A stretch of DNA of 64,000 nt, from contig CAWJAX010000004.1 of assembly GCA_963841015.1 (NCBI GenBank), positions 102,267 through 166,266 on the forward strand, written 5' to 3'. The notes below the pieces were generated by a model. The model did no database searches and had not been told where the DNA came from. It saw only the letters and a program-made list of their open reading frames with translations. Made by a program: the position numbers and the translations under genes. Numbering within the stretch: position 1 is the first letter of the stretch; every line of letters starts with the position of its first letter. This document shows positions 1-11,301 of this stretch, piece by piece. The DNA comes from an uncultured Methanoregulaceae archaeon. Its GTDB lineage: Archaea > Halobacteriota > Methanomicrobia > Methanomicrobiales > Methanospirillaceae.

Positions 1-2
1 GA

Positions 3-1055
3 GAGAAAGGCTGGGTAGCTACCCTTCTTACTGGTGACGAGACCGGAACAACACGAGTAGTCCTGTGGGATGAGAAAGCAGGGGCTGCCAATGACATTGC
101 AATCGGGGATGTACTGGAGATCATCGGGCGCCACCCGGGAAAGAGCACGACAGAGATTTACGCACTGGCCCTGCGCAAGGCAGGATGCGAGATCATCTGT
201 GCACTGCCCGCGAACGGGGCTGCCATCGGGAGCCTTTCATCCGAGCCGGTGGAGCTTGATGCGATCCTTATTGCATACGAAGAGCCGCGTACCTTCAACC
301 GCAGGGACGGCACGAGCGGTGAGCTGACAGAAGCTGTTATGGGGGATTCTCTGGGAACTGCCCGGCTTATAGCATGGGTTCCGGACCTGTTTGCAAATAT
401 CCTCCCGGGCACTTCCGTTCATATCACCGGTGCAAAACCTGACAGGCGCAGTACAGGAAGAGCATACAGCCTTGATGAGAAGAGCTCAGTGGGGGTCACT
501 GATCAGTTGATCACCGTGCCGTTCACGCCCCTTTGTTCCGTGAGCGAAGAGGGGATCTATTCAATTACGGGTAGCGTAAAAGAGGTAAAAGAACCGCGAT
601 CGTTTACAACCCGCAACGGTTCAGTGTCCTGGGTAAGAAATATTGTTGTGAGCGATGGCAAAGATGACCTGAAAGTGGTTCTCTGGGGCGAGAAAGCGTT
701 AGTTCCGGTGCTTCCCGGGGATCAGGTTAACGTCTACCATGCCACTGCCAAACCCGGTCGTTACGGGGGCATTGAGCTGGGTGTCGGACGGGGGAGTTCA
801 TTCCAGGTGCCAGAAGAAGAGACACACCCGATCATATTTGAAGGAACCATCATTACCGGGCAGGGATGCACCTTTATCGATAATGGTACCGAACGCTATA
901 TTATTGAAGGAAATCTCCCGCATGGGATTGAGGTGCAGGTAACCGGTATTCTTTCAGGCAATCGGATCACCGCTGAATATACCCAACCGGTTGATCTCAA
1001 ACCGGAGATCCTGCTGGTGCAGCTCCGCGGATTTATCGAAGAACTCGACAAATAA
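3..1055 (+). CDS. rpa: Replication protein A / OB-fold ssDNA-binding protein (5' partial, runs off window start)
   Basis: Frame is open from nt 3 (EKGWVATLLTGDETGTTRVVLWDE). Repeated OB-fold motifs GDSLGTARLIAW and SDGKDDLKVVLWG; directly upstream of radA. Confidence 0.8.
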   Translation, partial: EKGWVATLLTGDETGTTRVVLWDEKAGAANDIAIGDVLEIIGRHPGKSTTEIYALALRKAGCEIICALPANGAAIGSLSSEPVELDAILIAYEEPRTFNRRDGTSGELTEAVMGDSLGTARLIAWVPDLFANILPGTSVHITGAKPDRRSTGRAYSLDEKSSVGVTDQLITVPFTPLCSVSEEGIYSITGSVKEVKEPRSFTTRNGSVSWVRNIVVSDGKDDLKVVLWGEKALVPVLPGDQVNVYHATAKPGRYGGIELGVGRGSSFQVPEEETHPIIFEGTIITGQGCTFIDNGTERYIIEGNLPHGIEVQVTGILSGNRITAEYTQPVDLKPEILLVQLRGFIEELDK

Positions 1056-1127
1056 ACCTCACTTTCGCCCCGCGCAGTCCGAGAGCATATATGCCCATGT
1101 TTAACATCTTGATGTGCCATAGGAGAT

Positions 1128-2111
1128 GTGCAAGAAATGGCTGAACGAGCTTTAGAGATTGAAGATTTACCGGGCGTAGGCCCAAGCACCGCAGATAAAC
1201 TCCGTGAAGCGGGATACCTCTCGGTAGAGAGTATTGCAACTGCATCACCGGCAGAGCTTTCCGAGATCTCGGAAATCTCCGAATCGGTAGCAAAAAAGAT
1301 TGTCAAAGCTGCACGCGAAGCCGCAGATATCGGCGGGTTCAAGACCGGAAAAGACATCTTCGAACAGAGAAAGGACATCAGGAAACTATCGTTCCGTGTT
1401 CCCGAACTCGATACCCTGATGGGTGGGGGTCTGGAGACCCAGGCCATCACCGAGATGTATGGTGAGTTCGGCTCCGGTAAGAGTCAGATTGTCCACCAGA
1501 TGGCAGTTAATGTTCAGCTTCCTGAAGATCAGGGGGGGCTTAACGGAAGTGCCATCTACATCGATACCGAAAACACCTTCCGTCCCGAGCGTATCGAGCA
1601 GATGGTGCACGGACTGGGGATTGATAATGCGGATCCGCAGGATTTTTTAAACAATATTCACATTGCACGGGCACATACCTCAGATCACCAGATGCTGCTT
1701 GTGGATAATTCTCGTGATCTTGCAGCGGAACTGAAAGACAGCGGGCGTCCGGTCAAACTCTTCATCATTGATTCCCTCACCGCACACTTCAGGGCTGAAT
1801 ACGCAGGGAGAGGTACCCTTGCGACACGCCAGCAGAAGCTGAACCGGCACATGCACGAACTCTTCAAGCTCATTGATGAGCACAATGCTGTTGCACTGGT
1901 AACAAACCAGGTAATGTCCAACCCGGCAGTCTTCTTCGGTGACCCGACAAAGCCGATTGGAGGTAACATTGTCGGACATACTGCAACCTTCCGGCTCTAC
2001 CTGCGCAAGAGCAAAGGCGGTAAACGTATTGCACGCCTTGTCGATAGTCCAAACCTCCCCGAGGGGGAAGCCCCGTTTATGGTAGAAGAGGCAGGTCTCA
2101 AATCGTGCTGA
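1128..2111 (+). CDS. radA: DNA repair and recombination protein RadA (start may be ATG 1137)
   Basis: N-terminal HhH (IEDLPGVGP), Walker [41 protein letters not shown]. Confidence 0.97.
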   Translation: MQEMAERALEIEDLPGVGPSTADKLREAGYLSVESIATASPAELSEISEISESVAKKIVKAAREAADIGGFKTGKDIFEQRKDIRKLSFRVPELDTLMGGGLETQAITEMYGEFGSGKSQIVHQMAVNVQLPEDQGGLNGSAIYIDTENTFRPERIEQMVHGLGIDNADPQDFLNNIHIARAHTSDHQMLLVDNSRDLAAELKDSGRPVKLFIIDSLTAHFRAEYAGRGTLATRQQKLNRHMHELFKLIDEHNAVALVTNQVMSNPAVFFGDPTKPIGGNIVGHTATFRLYLRKSKGGKRIARLVDSPNLPEGEAPFMVEEAGLKSC

Positions 2112-2821
2112 AGGCGCTCCTTACTGATATTGACGGGACGATCACTGATTCGTCCCGCCGGATAAACACCGGTGCAATCGACGCCATACGATCGCTTGTT
2201 GACGGGGGGGTAGAAGTAGTTCTTGCAAGCGGGAACACTTCCTGTTTTATGGATGCTCTCTGCAAGATGATAGGAACGGACGGGACCTTCATTGCAGAGA
2301 ACGGCGGGGTATTCCGGGTGGGATTTACCGGCCCGCTCCGCATCAAAGGAGACCAGACTCCCTGCAGGGAGGCACTGGAAATCGTTCAGGCTTATTACCG
2401 GGAACGGGGGAAAGAACTGGAACTTTTCAGCCCTGCATACCGCTTTTCTGATCTTGCATTTGCCCGGACCGTTCCTCCTGATGAGGTGAAAAAAATCCTT
2501 ATAACCTCCACGGTTAAGGTGATCGATACCGGCTATGCGATTCACCTGCAGTCACCCGGCATTGACAAGGGAACTGCACTGGAAGCACTCGCGCAGGAGA
2601 TGGACTTGTCACCCTCAGATTTTCTTGCAATCGGGGATTCCCTGAATGACATCCAGATGCTCAGGACGGCAGGTATCGGGGTCACTGTGGCAAATGCCCA
2701 TCCAGATACCAAGGCAGTTGCTGCATTTGTTGCAGAAAAAGAATATGGAAATGGATTTGTTGAAATAATTACTCAATATTCTTCTTATTTTTTGGCAAGG
2801 AAGCGGTCAACAACAATATAG
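2105..2821 (+). CDS. HAD-superfamily phosphoglycolate phosphatase (SPP-like)
   Basis: DIDGT motif I, ASGN, IAENG, DKG, GDSLND motif IV. Confidence 0.88.
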   Translation: MLKALLTDIDGTITDSSRRINTGAIDAIRSLVDGGVEVVLASGNTSCFMDALCKMIGTDGTFIAENGGVFRVGFTGPLRIKGDQTPCREALEIVQAYYRERGKELELFSPAYRFSDLAFARTVPPDEVKKILITSTVKVIDTGYAIHLQSPGIDKGTALEALAQEMDLSPSDFLAIGDSLNDIQMLRTAGIGVTVANAHPDTKAVAAFVAEKEYGNGFVEIITQYSSYFLARKRSTTI

Positions 2822-3039
2822 TCCTTGATGTCCTTGACCGCTTCAAACGGTATTACCAGGAGTTTATCGTCTTCCATGGTATATCCATCAGTTACAAATG
2901 TCTGGTCAGGGTGGACAATCATTGCCTGAACCTGGCCGGAATCAAAATCAACCCTGATATTTTTTAGCGTTCCAATGAGCTTCCCATCATTGCTCATGAT
3001 CTTTTTTCTTGAAAGGCTGCGGGCAAATACGCGAGACAT
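2785..3039 (-). CDS. PRC-barrel domain protein
   Basis: 84 aa; pattern L-S-x-K-x-I-x-S-x-DG-x-LIG-x-L-x-NI...[15 protein letters not shown] typical of archaeal PRC-barrel proteins. Confidence 0.8.
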   Translation of the reverse strand: MSRVFARSLSRKKIMSNDGKLIGTLKNIRVDFDSGQVQAMIVHPDQTFVTDGYTMEDDKLLVIPFEAVKDIKDYIVVDRFLAKK

Positions 3040-3125
3040 AAAAAAATTATGACGCGTATAAATATTTAAAGTGTTCTAAAATGGCGCGGAAAAAGAGTGT
3101 TTTTTGTATAAATAACCCATTTGCG

Positions 3126-3338
3126 TTATTTGAAAATTTCAGCTGCCATCTGGATATCAGATCCCCGCAGCGTCTTTCTTCCCGCATGATCCGACATTTT
3201 TTTTGCTTCCTTTGCCAAAAATAACCCATAATCTTCCATTAAAATCGCAAGGGTTTCTGTGGCATCGGCACTTATACGTTCGGCACCGGCTTTTTTTATG
3301 ATACGTTCAACTGCTGCCTGGGATAATTCTGTCATCAT
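3126..3338 (-). CDS. Archaeal histone (HMf family)
   Basis: MTELSQAAVERIIKKAGAERIS...HAGRKTLRGSDI histone fold; true start at ATG 3338/3335, not the ORF-track 3461. Confidence 0.92.
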   Translation of the reverse strand: MMTELSQAAVERIIKKAGAERISADATETLAILMEDYGLFLAKEAKKMSDHAGRKTLRGSDIQMAAEIFK

Positions 3339-3387
3339 ACACACATCCTTGCATTCAATTTGATTTATACTATCTAAAGATATTGGA

Positions 3388-4266
3388 TTATAACGAGGGG
3401 AATACCCGGATAATATCAGACTGCGTGAGTATTCCCACAGGAATGCCATTTTCGACAACAATCAGTCGCCCGATCTCCAGTTCCTTGAACCTGCGGATCA
3501 CTTCGAAGAGTTTGATATCTGAGGGAGCTTCAACAACATCGGTAGTCATGATTGCAGAAACTTTTGTGGTTAAGGACAGATTATTTTCCACCGCCCGTGC
3601 AATATCACTCATGGTGATGATCCCGGCGAGTTTTCCGTTGTCGATGATGGGGGCACCATGGATATGATCCTTATTGAAAAGGACCAGAGCATCATGGAGT
3701 GTATCTGACCCTCTCAATGTCTTGAGCGGACTGCTCATGTAGGTTTTTATCGGTTGTTTGGGAAGCGAGATCATCTCGGTGGTTGCAAGAAGGAGCATCT
3801 GTTTCGATTCATCTTTCCCGAACACTTCTCCGCGGACCAGAAGTTTATTGACAGGAGTGGGACCGATTGTGATCTGATCTCCGATTTCAAAGAGCTTGGC
3901 ACTGCCAAAAAGTTTGATCTCTGCATGACAGATATCCGGGTGGCAGAGTGTCGTAAAACCAATTTCCTGGACCGTTGCTCCTGAAATAATTTCCCCGTCC
4001 CTGCTGATACAGACATCATAGTCACCTTCGGTGACATTCAGGCTGAGTTCCTTGTAGGCAAGCGCGGTGGGGATGTAGCCCCCCTTAGGGCCGGGTACGC
4101 CATCAACAAGACCTATTGTTTTGAGCGCCTGCATCTGGTTTCGCACGGTCCCCGGATTCCGCTGGATCACGTCAGCAATCTCTTCGCCTTTGATAGAGTG
4201 GGAGTGCTCCTGGTAAAGCGTGATAAGCGTGATGAGGATATCTTTCTGGATCAGGGACAGGTCCAT
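3388..4266 (-). CDS. HrcA-like winged-helix + tandem CBS domain regulator
   Basis: N-terminal GEEIA..IQRNPGTVRNQMQALK..GLVDGVPGPKGGY; C-terminal CBS pair (GAPIIDNGKLAGIIT, GRLIVVENGIPVGILT). Confidence 0.85.
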   Translation of the reverse strand: MDLSLIQKDILITLITLYQEHSHSIKGEEIADVIQRNPGTVRNQMQALKTIGLVDGVPGPKGGYIPTALAYKELSLNVTEGDYDVCISRDGEIISGATVQEIGFTTLCHPDICHAEIKLFGSAKLFEIGDQITIGPTPVNKLLVRGEVFGKDESKQMLLLATTEMISLPKQPIKTYMSSPLKTLRGSDTLHDALVLFNKDHIHGAPIIDNGKLAGIITMSDIARAVENNLSLTTKVSAIMTTDVVEAPSDIKLFEVIRRFKELEIGRLIVVENGIPVGILTQSDIIRVFPSL

Positions 4267-4313
4267 AACGATAAACCGTATAACTTCCCATACTATAAAT
4301 AGGTTGGAGATTT

Positions 4314-5399
4314 GTGGAATTCGAAAAAATACCTACCGTACCAACAGCAGATGAGATCCTTGACCGGAGCTTCCGCCGTGCGGCAAAGAAAATGAAAGAA
4401 AAAACCAATAAAGATCGCGCCAATGAAGAGTTTGTGCGGGCGGTTGGCGCAGCAGTTCATGACCGGCTGGTCTCTATCATCCGCGGGTTCCCTGAATTTG
4501 ACCAGATCCCCCGTTTTTACCGGGAGATGGCCGATATCCTCTTTGGCATGGACAGGATAAAACAATCGCTGGGAGCTGTTGGCTGGGCGGCAAAACACAC
4601 AAAAATGGTGGGGAATCAGCTTGCCGTACAGTCACGGAGATCCGACGATACGACATTGGTGCGTAAAAGAACGGTTGCCCGGCTTGCCTCCATGGTGCAC
4701 CAGATAGATAAGGACCTGCGATTCTTAAACGAAGTGCGGAATGTCCTGCGGAAGCTCCCCCATGTTGAGGATGCTTGCACGATAGTCATTGCCGGATACC
4801 CCAATGTAGGTAAATCTTCATTCATCCGGCATGTCTCCTCAGCAGTTCCCCAGGTTGCATCCTATCCGTTCACGACAAAAGGCATCATTGTCGGACACCG
4901 GATTATAGGACGGGAACGGATCCAGTTTGTAGATACACCCGGTATTCTTGATCGACCGGCAGATGAACGAAATGCCATCGAAAAACAGGCTCTTTCTGCA
5001 ATGATGAATGTCGCTGATATCATCCTCTTCATTCTTGACCCGTCAGAGCACTGCGGGTACCCGATGGAGGTTCAGCTCAACCTGCTCGAAGAGGTGAAGG
5101 GCCTTATAGACGTGCCTCTTGTCATCGTTTCAAATAAGTCGGATATTACGGCAGCCGAAGGGTATCTCACCATGTCTACACAGACGGGAGATGGAGTCGA
5201 GGCAGTACTTGCGGAGATCCTTATGCATAAACCGGAACCGCTGGCAACGGTGAGTGATACGGTTCCCGACATTCGGTCGCCCCTCCCCCATGAACCTGAG
5301 GAGAGGGTCATGGACGAATTTCCTTACCCGGAAGAGGAAGGCAGACATGAGCCAAAACCGAAACCCAGGAGGCCCAGGAAGCCCCGGACCGTAGCGTAA
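4314..5399 (+). CDS. NOG1-family GTP-binding protein
   Basis: G1 GYPNVGKS, YPFTT, DTPG, NKSD; N-terminal FEKIPTVPTADEILDRSFRRA. Confidence 0.9.
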   Translation: MEFEKIPTVPTADEILDRSFRRAAKKMKEKTNKDRANEEFVRAVGAAVHDRLVSIIRGFPEFDQIPRFYREMADILFGMDRIKQSLGAVGWAAKHTKMVGNQLAVQSRRSDDTTLVRKRTVARLASMVHQIDKDLRFLNEVRNVLRKLPHVEDACTIVIAGYPNVGKSSFIRHVSSAVPQVASYPFTTKGIIVGHRIIGRERIQFVDTPGILDRPADERNAIEKQALSAMMNVADIILFILDPSEHCGYPMEVQLNLLEEVKGLIDVPLVIVSNKSDITAAEGYLTMSTQTGDGVEAVLAEILMHKPEPLATVSDTVPDIRSPLPHEPEERVMDEFPYPEEEGRHEPKPKPRRPRKPRTVA

Positions 5400-5478
5400 C
5401 AGGATAGTAAACAATTTTAATAACTTTTTCGTTTTCTGTTTTGGTCTGCAATAAAGTATTGAGGAAATATGATCGATA

Positions 5479-6375
5479 CTATCCCATCGACATCATTATT
5501 GCCCACCCGGCGAGGAATCCGAGGATCGTCCCACCATTTAACGGCGGTAGTCCTGCCTGGGGTTTTCCCGAAGACACAAAGTGTAAAAGGACAGCAAGTC
5601 CGGCAAGGGAACCGATCATGGCACCAAGTGCCGGAAGGTTGATAATTCCAAAAAGCCGCCATCCCTGTAAAAAGACATTCGCAGAGACAACAAGTATGGA
5701 GGGCATGATCAGGTCGCCCATCCCGATAATGAATGCTGCACGTTCGCCGCCATCATCCAGCTTTCCAACCCCGTCACGTATGAACGAGTAGTCACGCCGC
5801 TTTGGTATGACAAAGAGGATCGGGGTTTTGAGATCGATTACCCCTTCGGCGAGCGTGATCATATGTTTTGTTTTATACACGGAGATTGCATCGTAGACCG
5901 CAAGAAGTACAAGCAGGATTACCACAAGATACCATACGAGAGAAGAGCCAAAAATCGCTGCAACTCCCGCAGCAATCAGAATTCCAAGACCGTCAATCAC
6001 GTACCATTCAGGGTATTTATAGAGAAGGACCGTCGCAAGTATTGAGAGGGTGAACAGGATGATGAGCCCCCAATCTGAATCACCTGCTATAGCGTATACG
6101 AGTGCCCAGAAGATATACACAAAGGTGAGGAAGATTGACAGCCCGATAATTACTGCAATGACCTTTTTTAAATTAAATTTTATCAGCAGCAGTAAAAAGG
6201 CGGTGAACACCAGCAGGATCACAATAAAGATGAACGGATTAGCCAGTGACTCGGGATCTTCAAATGCGGTGATTCCTGCAGCCTGCACAGGAAGCGAGAT
6301 CAGGATTGCCCCGATTTCCACGGCAAGGAGCAGGAGTGGCATCACAAGGAAGGGAATTATGCGTTTTATATCCAA
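5479..6375 (-). CDS. Presenilin-family intramembrane aspartyl protease (PSH)
   Basis: Multiple TM helices with catalytic YD (AVYDAISV) and GMGD motifs and C-terminal AGLPPL; start probably TTG 6375 because the upstream extension overlaps the opposite-strand gene. Confidence 0.88.
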   Translation of the reverse strand: MDIKRIIPFLVMPLLLLAVEIGAILISLPVQAAGITAFEDPESLANPFIFIVILLVFTAFLLLLIKFNLKKVIAVIIGLSIFLTFVYIFWALVYAIAGDSDWGLIILFTLSILATVLLYKYPEWYVIDGLGILIAAGVAAIFGSSLVWYLVVILLVLLAVYDAISVYKTKHMITLAEGVIDLKTPILFVIPKRRDYSFIRDGVGKLDDGGERAAFIIGMGDLIMPSILVVSANVFLQGWRLFGIINLPALGAMIGSLAGLAVLLHFVSSGKPQAGLPPLNGGTILGFLAGWAIMMSMG

Positions 6376-6427
6376 GATGCATCTCCATGTAGTTAGATTA
6401 ATTACTGTGCTCTCATCATCTAAAAGT

Positions 6428-6742
6428 ATGGACATACGTGAATACTGGGTCGATATCCTGCTCACTATCGTTATGATCGTCTCCACACTCGTCCTCATCA
6501 ACAGGTTCTGGCAGGATCTTACTATTGCAATTGCCGCAGGTCTCATGATGCTGGCACTTGGAGGACTCTTCCTCTCACTCCAGATCAAGATGCGCCACCT
6601 GGAGCGGAGTATTGTGCTGCGTGAACGAATTTTACGCAACAATCTCGAGGAGATCTCCCGGCGGATGGCGGAAAAATTCGATATGTCAATGACCCACCTG
6701 GATGAACTGGTCGGGGAATATTCAAAACGTACCTACCGTTAA
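6428..6742 (+). CDS. Small membrane protein (2 TM + coiled coil), hypothetical
   Basis: MDIREYWVDILL... two hydrophobic helices then a charged helical tail; upstream of fen. Confidence 0.65.
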   Translation: MDIREYWVDILLTIVMIVSTLVLINRFWQDLTIAIAAGLMMLALGGLFLSLQIKMRHLERSIVLRERILRNNLEEISRRMAEKFDMSMTHLDELVGEYSKRTYR

Positions 6743-6767
6743 ATTTTTTATACGTTCGTGAGTCGTT

Positions 6768-7769
6768 ATGGGCGTCGCAATACGGGACATTGTAGCTGAT
6801 TACAAGACTCCGGTGACCTGGGATTCACTGCCAGGTATCGCAGCAATCGATGCAAACAATGCACTCTACCAGTTCCTGACCATCATCCGGCAGCCCGACG
6901 GGACACCCCTCATGGACCGGCAGGGGCGTGTCACCTCACACCTCTCCGGCATCCTGTTCAGGGTGTCGAATTTTATGGAGAAAGGAATAAAGCCGGTCTT
7001 TGTCTTTGACGGGAAACCCGCCGCTCTCAAGCAGACGACAATTGACGGGCGCCGTAAGATCCGGGACGAGGCCGGTGAGAAATGGAAAGAGGCGATTGAG
7101 CGGGGCGATGAGGCTGAGGCCTACAAACAGGCGCGTTCGTCATCAAGGGTCGATACCACCATTATAGAGACATCAAAGGAACTCCTCCGTTTTATGGGTC
7201 TCCCGACCATCCAGGCACCGGGCGAAGGTGAAGCCCAGGCAGCCTACATGGTAACAAAAGGGGAGGCACGGTACGTAGTGTCGCAGGACTATGACACGCT
7301 CCTCTTTGGTGCTCCCAACCTTGTCCGGAACTTAACGGTCAGTGGCAAGCGGAAGATCCGGGGACGGCAGATCACGGTAAACCCGGAACGACTCATTCTT
7401 ACGGATGTGCTCGACGGGCTGAAACTGACACGCGAACAGCTGATAGAGATCGGTATCCTCGTCGGTACGGATTTTAATCCTGGTGTCGAGGGAATCGGGG
7501 CAAAGACCGGGCTTAAGATTGTGCAACGCGGGGAGTTTATGACAAAAGTCCAGGAGAAGCTGCCGGATTTTGATCCGGCACCGGTTATGGATCTTTTCCT
7601 GCACCCGGATGTGACGGACGACTATACACTCGTATGGGGCCATCCTGACATCACCGGCATCAAGAAAATGCTCTGCGGGGAGTACGATTTTTCCGAAGAG
7701 AGGGTGGAGAAAGCCATGGAGAATTTCTGCGTCAAGGCCGGGCAGAAGACACTCGAGAGCTGGTTTTAG
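6768..7769 (+). CDS. fen: Flap endonuclease 1
   Basis: MGV start, [36 protein letters not shown]-terminal PIP box QKTLESWF. Confidence 0.97.
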   Translation: MGVAIRDIVADYKTPVTWDSLPGIAAIDANNALYQFLTIIRQPDGTPLMDRQGRVTSHLSGILFRVSNFMEKGIKPVFVFDGKPAALKQTTIDGRRKIRDEAGEKWKEAIERGDEAEAYKQARSSSRVDTTIIETSKELLRFMGLPTIQAPGEGEAQAAYMVTKGEARYVVSQDYDTLLFGAPNLVRNLTVSGKRKIRGRQITVNPERLILTDVLDGLKLTREQLIEIGILVGTDFNPGVEGIGAKTGLKIVQRGEFMTKVQEKLPDFDPAPVMDLFLHPDVTDDYTLVWGHPDITGIKKMLCGEYDFSEERVEKAMENFCVKAGQKTLESWF

Positions 7770-8279
7770 GATTTTCTCCGGATTTCCTGAATAAATGGGG
7801 GGGTGTTCCCCACACGGGTATCACCTGTGATGAAATCGAGTGAAATAAGCCCTGTAAGAGCTCCGATTTTCTCCTGGATTCGTACCTGCCCTGGGAAAAA
7901 ACCTGTAAAACCCCCTGTTTCGGTTCGTGTAGAGAATACGCCAAATTTTAGCCAGGTTAGCCAAAATACGGCAGGTTTGCACCTCACCTGTCGGCGTGTT
8001 CAGCACTTTAAATCGAGCAGTTTTTTGCCACATAGTTTTTCCCATCAGGTACCTGCAAACCCTGCCAGAATACCAATATGAGGCTCTTTTTTCCGATGGA
8101 TGTTCCAAAAAAGGGGTTTTTGGAAAAAATGGACAGAGGGACGGACAGGCCCGTTCTCTGTAGCAGGTGAGATAATAAAAAACAGAATCACCAGAAAAAG
8201 AGAGATCCCTACGCTGACTCCATATTGCAATTCCTGAAATCAGAACAATTGCACCAAGGGGTGAGCACAAAAGAGGGAT

Positions 8280-8849
8280 TTATGTTTGTTTTTTAAGAGC
8301 CATTTTCCGGTTCAGTTTCACCTCAGCATAATCCGGGTTGATGGCAAGAGCTTTGTCATACGAACCGACCGCCTCTGCATATCTACCGAGTTCATGGAGC
8401 GCCACTCCGCGGAAGTTCCATGCATAGGCATCATCCGGGTTGATAGCGATTGCCTTATCAAACGATGCGAGTGCTTCAGTATGCCGTCCGAGAATACCCA
8501 GCTCGGCTCCGCGGATAAACCACGCGCTGGCGTCATCCGGGTTGATCGAAAGCCCTTTGTCATACGAGTTAACTGCTTCTGCGTCCCGTCCGAGCTCAAC
8601 GAGTACCCATCCGCGGTTGTTCCACGCATCCGCGTAATCCGGCCTGAGGGCAAGTGCCTTGTCATACGAAGCGAGCGCTTCGGCAGGTTGTCTGAGTTCA
8701 GCGAGGGCGACTCCACGACCGTTCCACGCTTCAGCATAATCCGGCCTGTGGGCAAGTGCCTTGTTGCAGGAGGCGAGCGCTTCAGAAAAATGACCTTTTT
8801 TGAAAAAATCAGACCCTTCCTTGTACAGTTGCTGTGCTTGATCTTCCAT
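8280..8849 (-). CDS. Tetratricopeptide repeat protein
   Basis: About five 34-aa TPR units (AWNxRGxAL..LGR..EAxxSYDKAL.I.PD). Confidence 0.9.
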   Translation of the reverse strand: MEDQAQQLYKEGSDFFKKGHFSEALASCNKALAHRPDYAEAWNGRGVALAELRQPAEALASYDKALALRPDYADAWNNRGWVLVELGRDAEAVNSYDKGLSINPDDASAWFIRGAELGILGRHTEALASFDKAIAINPDDAYAWNFRGVALHELGRYAEAVGSYDKALAINPDYAEVKLNRKMALKKQT

Positions 8850-9003
8850 GAGTTATGATATACGGTGCGGATAATCACAGTTGTGTTCGAACCTCACCAA
8901 TCAAAGTGTATAAACCCCGGCACGGAATATTTTTAGTAATAACCTGTCACCCGGTTCCTGCAAAGAATCCGGCGTCCTGACCATTCCCCACAATACAACA
9001 CCG

Positions 9004-10224
9004 GTGACTCCCATGCAGTTGAAATCCTGCAAAAAGACCTACAATCTCGAAACCCAGCGTGCATCCCCCCTTGATGAGACGCTGAGGCGCATTGAGCCGA
9101 AAGTACCTGCCGCAGGGATAACACGCGTCGCAGATATCACCAACCTTGACCGGATCGGTATTCCGGTCTTTTCCTGTATCCGCCCGACTGCAGAAGCAGG
9201 ATCGATTACCGTATATAACGGTAAAGGGGCGACGGTTGAGGAGTCCCGTATCTCGGCGATCATGGAAGGAATCGAACGATATTCCTCAGAACTGCACGAC
9301 CGACAGGTTCACCTCGCACCTTACCAGGAGATGTTCGCGCATGGACGGGTGCTTGATCCTTCAGATCTGATCCTTCCCGAGAACGCAGAGGTGGATCGCC
9401 TCATGCCATGGGTCGAAGGGTTTGATATCGCCAATAATGTGCCCATTATCGTTCCGGCCCATGCAGTCTTTCACCCGCTTCCCCAGAAATTCCGCCAGCT
9501 CTTCCGCACGAACACGAATGGGTTAGCGTCCGGGAATACCATGGAAGAGGCCATCTTCCATGCGTTGTCTGAAGTGATTGAACGGGATGCCTGGTCACTG
9601 GTCGAGGCTTCACGGGATACCGGGGCAATGGTTGAAAACATCGATGACCCGACCTGCGTCGAGATGGAAAAAAAATTTGCCGATGCACAGGTCGAAGTCA
9701 AAGTGAGAGACATCACCAGTGATATCGGGATCCCCACAATGGCTGCCGTCGCTGATGACGTGCTGCTGAAGGACCCGATGCTTCTTACGATCGGTATCGG
9801 GACCCATACCAGTGCACGGATCGCCGTCATGCGGGCGCTTACTGAGGTTGCGCAGAGCCGGCTTACCCAGATCCACGGGGCCAGAGAGGACACGACCATC
9901 GCCGATCTTCGGAAAAAGATGGGCTATGACCGGGCAAAGCGGATCAACGCATACTGGTTCAAGGACAACGGCCACGTTGACTATAACCGGATCGCTTCCT
10001 GTGACAGCGATGATTTCCTCACCGATATCCGGTTTGTTATTGATGCGCTGGCAAAGAAGGGGCTCGACCGGGTCATCGTGGTTGACCTGACCCGGGAAGA
10101 GATTGGGATTCCCGTCGTGAGAGTGATTGTTCCGGGGCTTGAAGTCTTTGCGATGGACCCGGAACGCCGCGGAGAACGGGTGAAAAATGCAAAAGATCAT
10201 CGTCTTTCTCGGGCCAAGTCTTGA
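9004..10224 (+). CDS. ycaO: YcaO-family McrA-glycine thioamidation protein (methanogenesis marker 1)
   Basis: GITRVADITNLDRIGIPV, YNGKG, MEGIERYS, TNGLASGN, EVIERD, TEVAQSR; coupled to tfuA. Confidence 0.93.
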   Translation: MTPMQLKSCKKTYNLETQRASPLDETLRRIEPKVPAAGITRVADITNLDRIGIPVFSCIRPTAEAGSITVYNGKGATVEESRISAIMEGIERYSSELHDRQVHLAPYQEMFAHGRVLDPSDLILPENAEVDRLMPWVEGFDIANNVPIIVPAHAVFHPLPQKFRQLFRTNTNGLASGNTMEEAIFHALSEVIERDAWSLVEASRDTGAMVENIDDPTCVEMEKKFADAQVEVKVRDITSDIGIPTMAAVADDVLLKDPMLLTIGIGTHTSARIAVMRALTEVAQSRLTQIHGAREDTTIADLRKKMGYDRAKRINAYWFKDNGHVDYNRIASCDSDDFLTDIRFVIDALAKKGLDRVIVVDLTREEIGIPVVRVIVPGLEVFAMDPERRGERVKNAKDHRLSRAKS

Positions 10225-10838
10225 CCTTGCAGCTGCAGAGAAGATCCTTCCAGCTGAATACCATCCTCCTGCAAAGCGGGGTGACCTGCTCGCTGCAGTA
10301 CATGATGGCGCAACCATAATCGGCCTGATAGATGGTGTCTTCCACCAGGAATCCGCAGTCGCCCACCGTGAGATCCTGACCGCAGTAAAAAAAGGTGTCA
10401 GGGTCGTGGGGGCATCGAGTATGGGAGCTCTCCGGGCAGCGGAAATGGACACCCTTGGTATGGTAGGTATCGGGGAGATCTACCAGATGTATAAGAGCGG
10501 GGAACTTGAATCGGACGATGAAGTTGCGCTCGTCTTCGATCCCTCATCAGGTCTGGCGCTCTCAGAACCGCTCATCAATATCCGCTTTACCCTGAAACGT
10601 GCACGAGAAGAGGGCATCATCAATGATGCTGAGCATGATGCATTTCTTACCTCTGCTCGTGCCCTGTTCTATCCAAAGCGTACCTACCGGACAATTGTTT
10701 CTCAGGCCGGTGATTTGGTTGATAACAGGATACGCGAACGGTTTCTGGTATGGGTGGAGAACCAGGCAGTGCGACCAGAAGAGGGACGATGCGATCGCAG
10801 CACTGGAGTATATCAGGAAAATAGTCGGGGAAAAATAA
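10187..10838 (+). CDS. tfuA: TfuA protein (thioamidation partner); apparent +1 frameshift near 10771
   Basis: VFLGPSL, IDGVFHQ, GASSMGALRAAE, DDEVAL; the conserved tail DQKRDDA...EYIRK lies in another frame ending at TAA 10838. Confidence 0.9.
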
Positions 10839-11301
10839 ACCGATAGAAGCCTCAGCCGTGAGTTGACTTTTTTTGTTCAAACCCTATTAGGTTGTTTGCT
10901 CCAAATCTCTTTGATTCTTTGTCCGATTGTTTTACTTTTCAACAAACTGTCACGAATGCTTAGGGATATGTTGATGAACAGGTTCATTCCCTGAGATATT
11001 TCACTTTTCACCGGACTATTGCTGATATTTTGCCATCTCTCATATGTATCCTGCTGGAATAATCTATCTTGAATTTTTTATCGGTTTCAGATATCGATCA
11101 AAACAGGGATTCTTTTCCAGAAGCAGGAGTAAAGGGTGATCACCATGGAGATTCGCTCTCCAGACTAAAACCAATTAGGACCCGTTTAAACGGATATCGA
11201 CAACGATGGGGTGCAAAGTGTATCTTACTGTGATTGAAGAAGTGAAAAATAAGGATCCGGAAGTATTATACCGGATCTCTGGTCACCTTCCCGGGTCCAG
11301 G

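Noticed and set aside
7860-8140. Possible third, inverted copy of the 38.5/40.2-kb repeat downstream of fen
   Set aside because: Only short shared words (TAAAGTGC, GCAGGTA, AAAC.GGGG.TTTTAC) with inconsistent spacing; cannot be supported by eye
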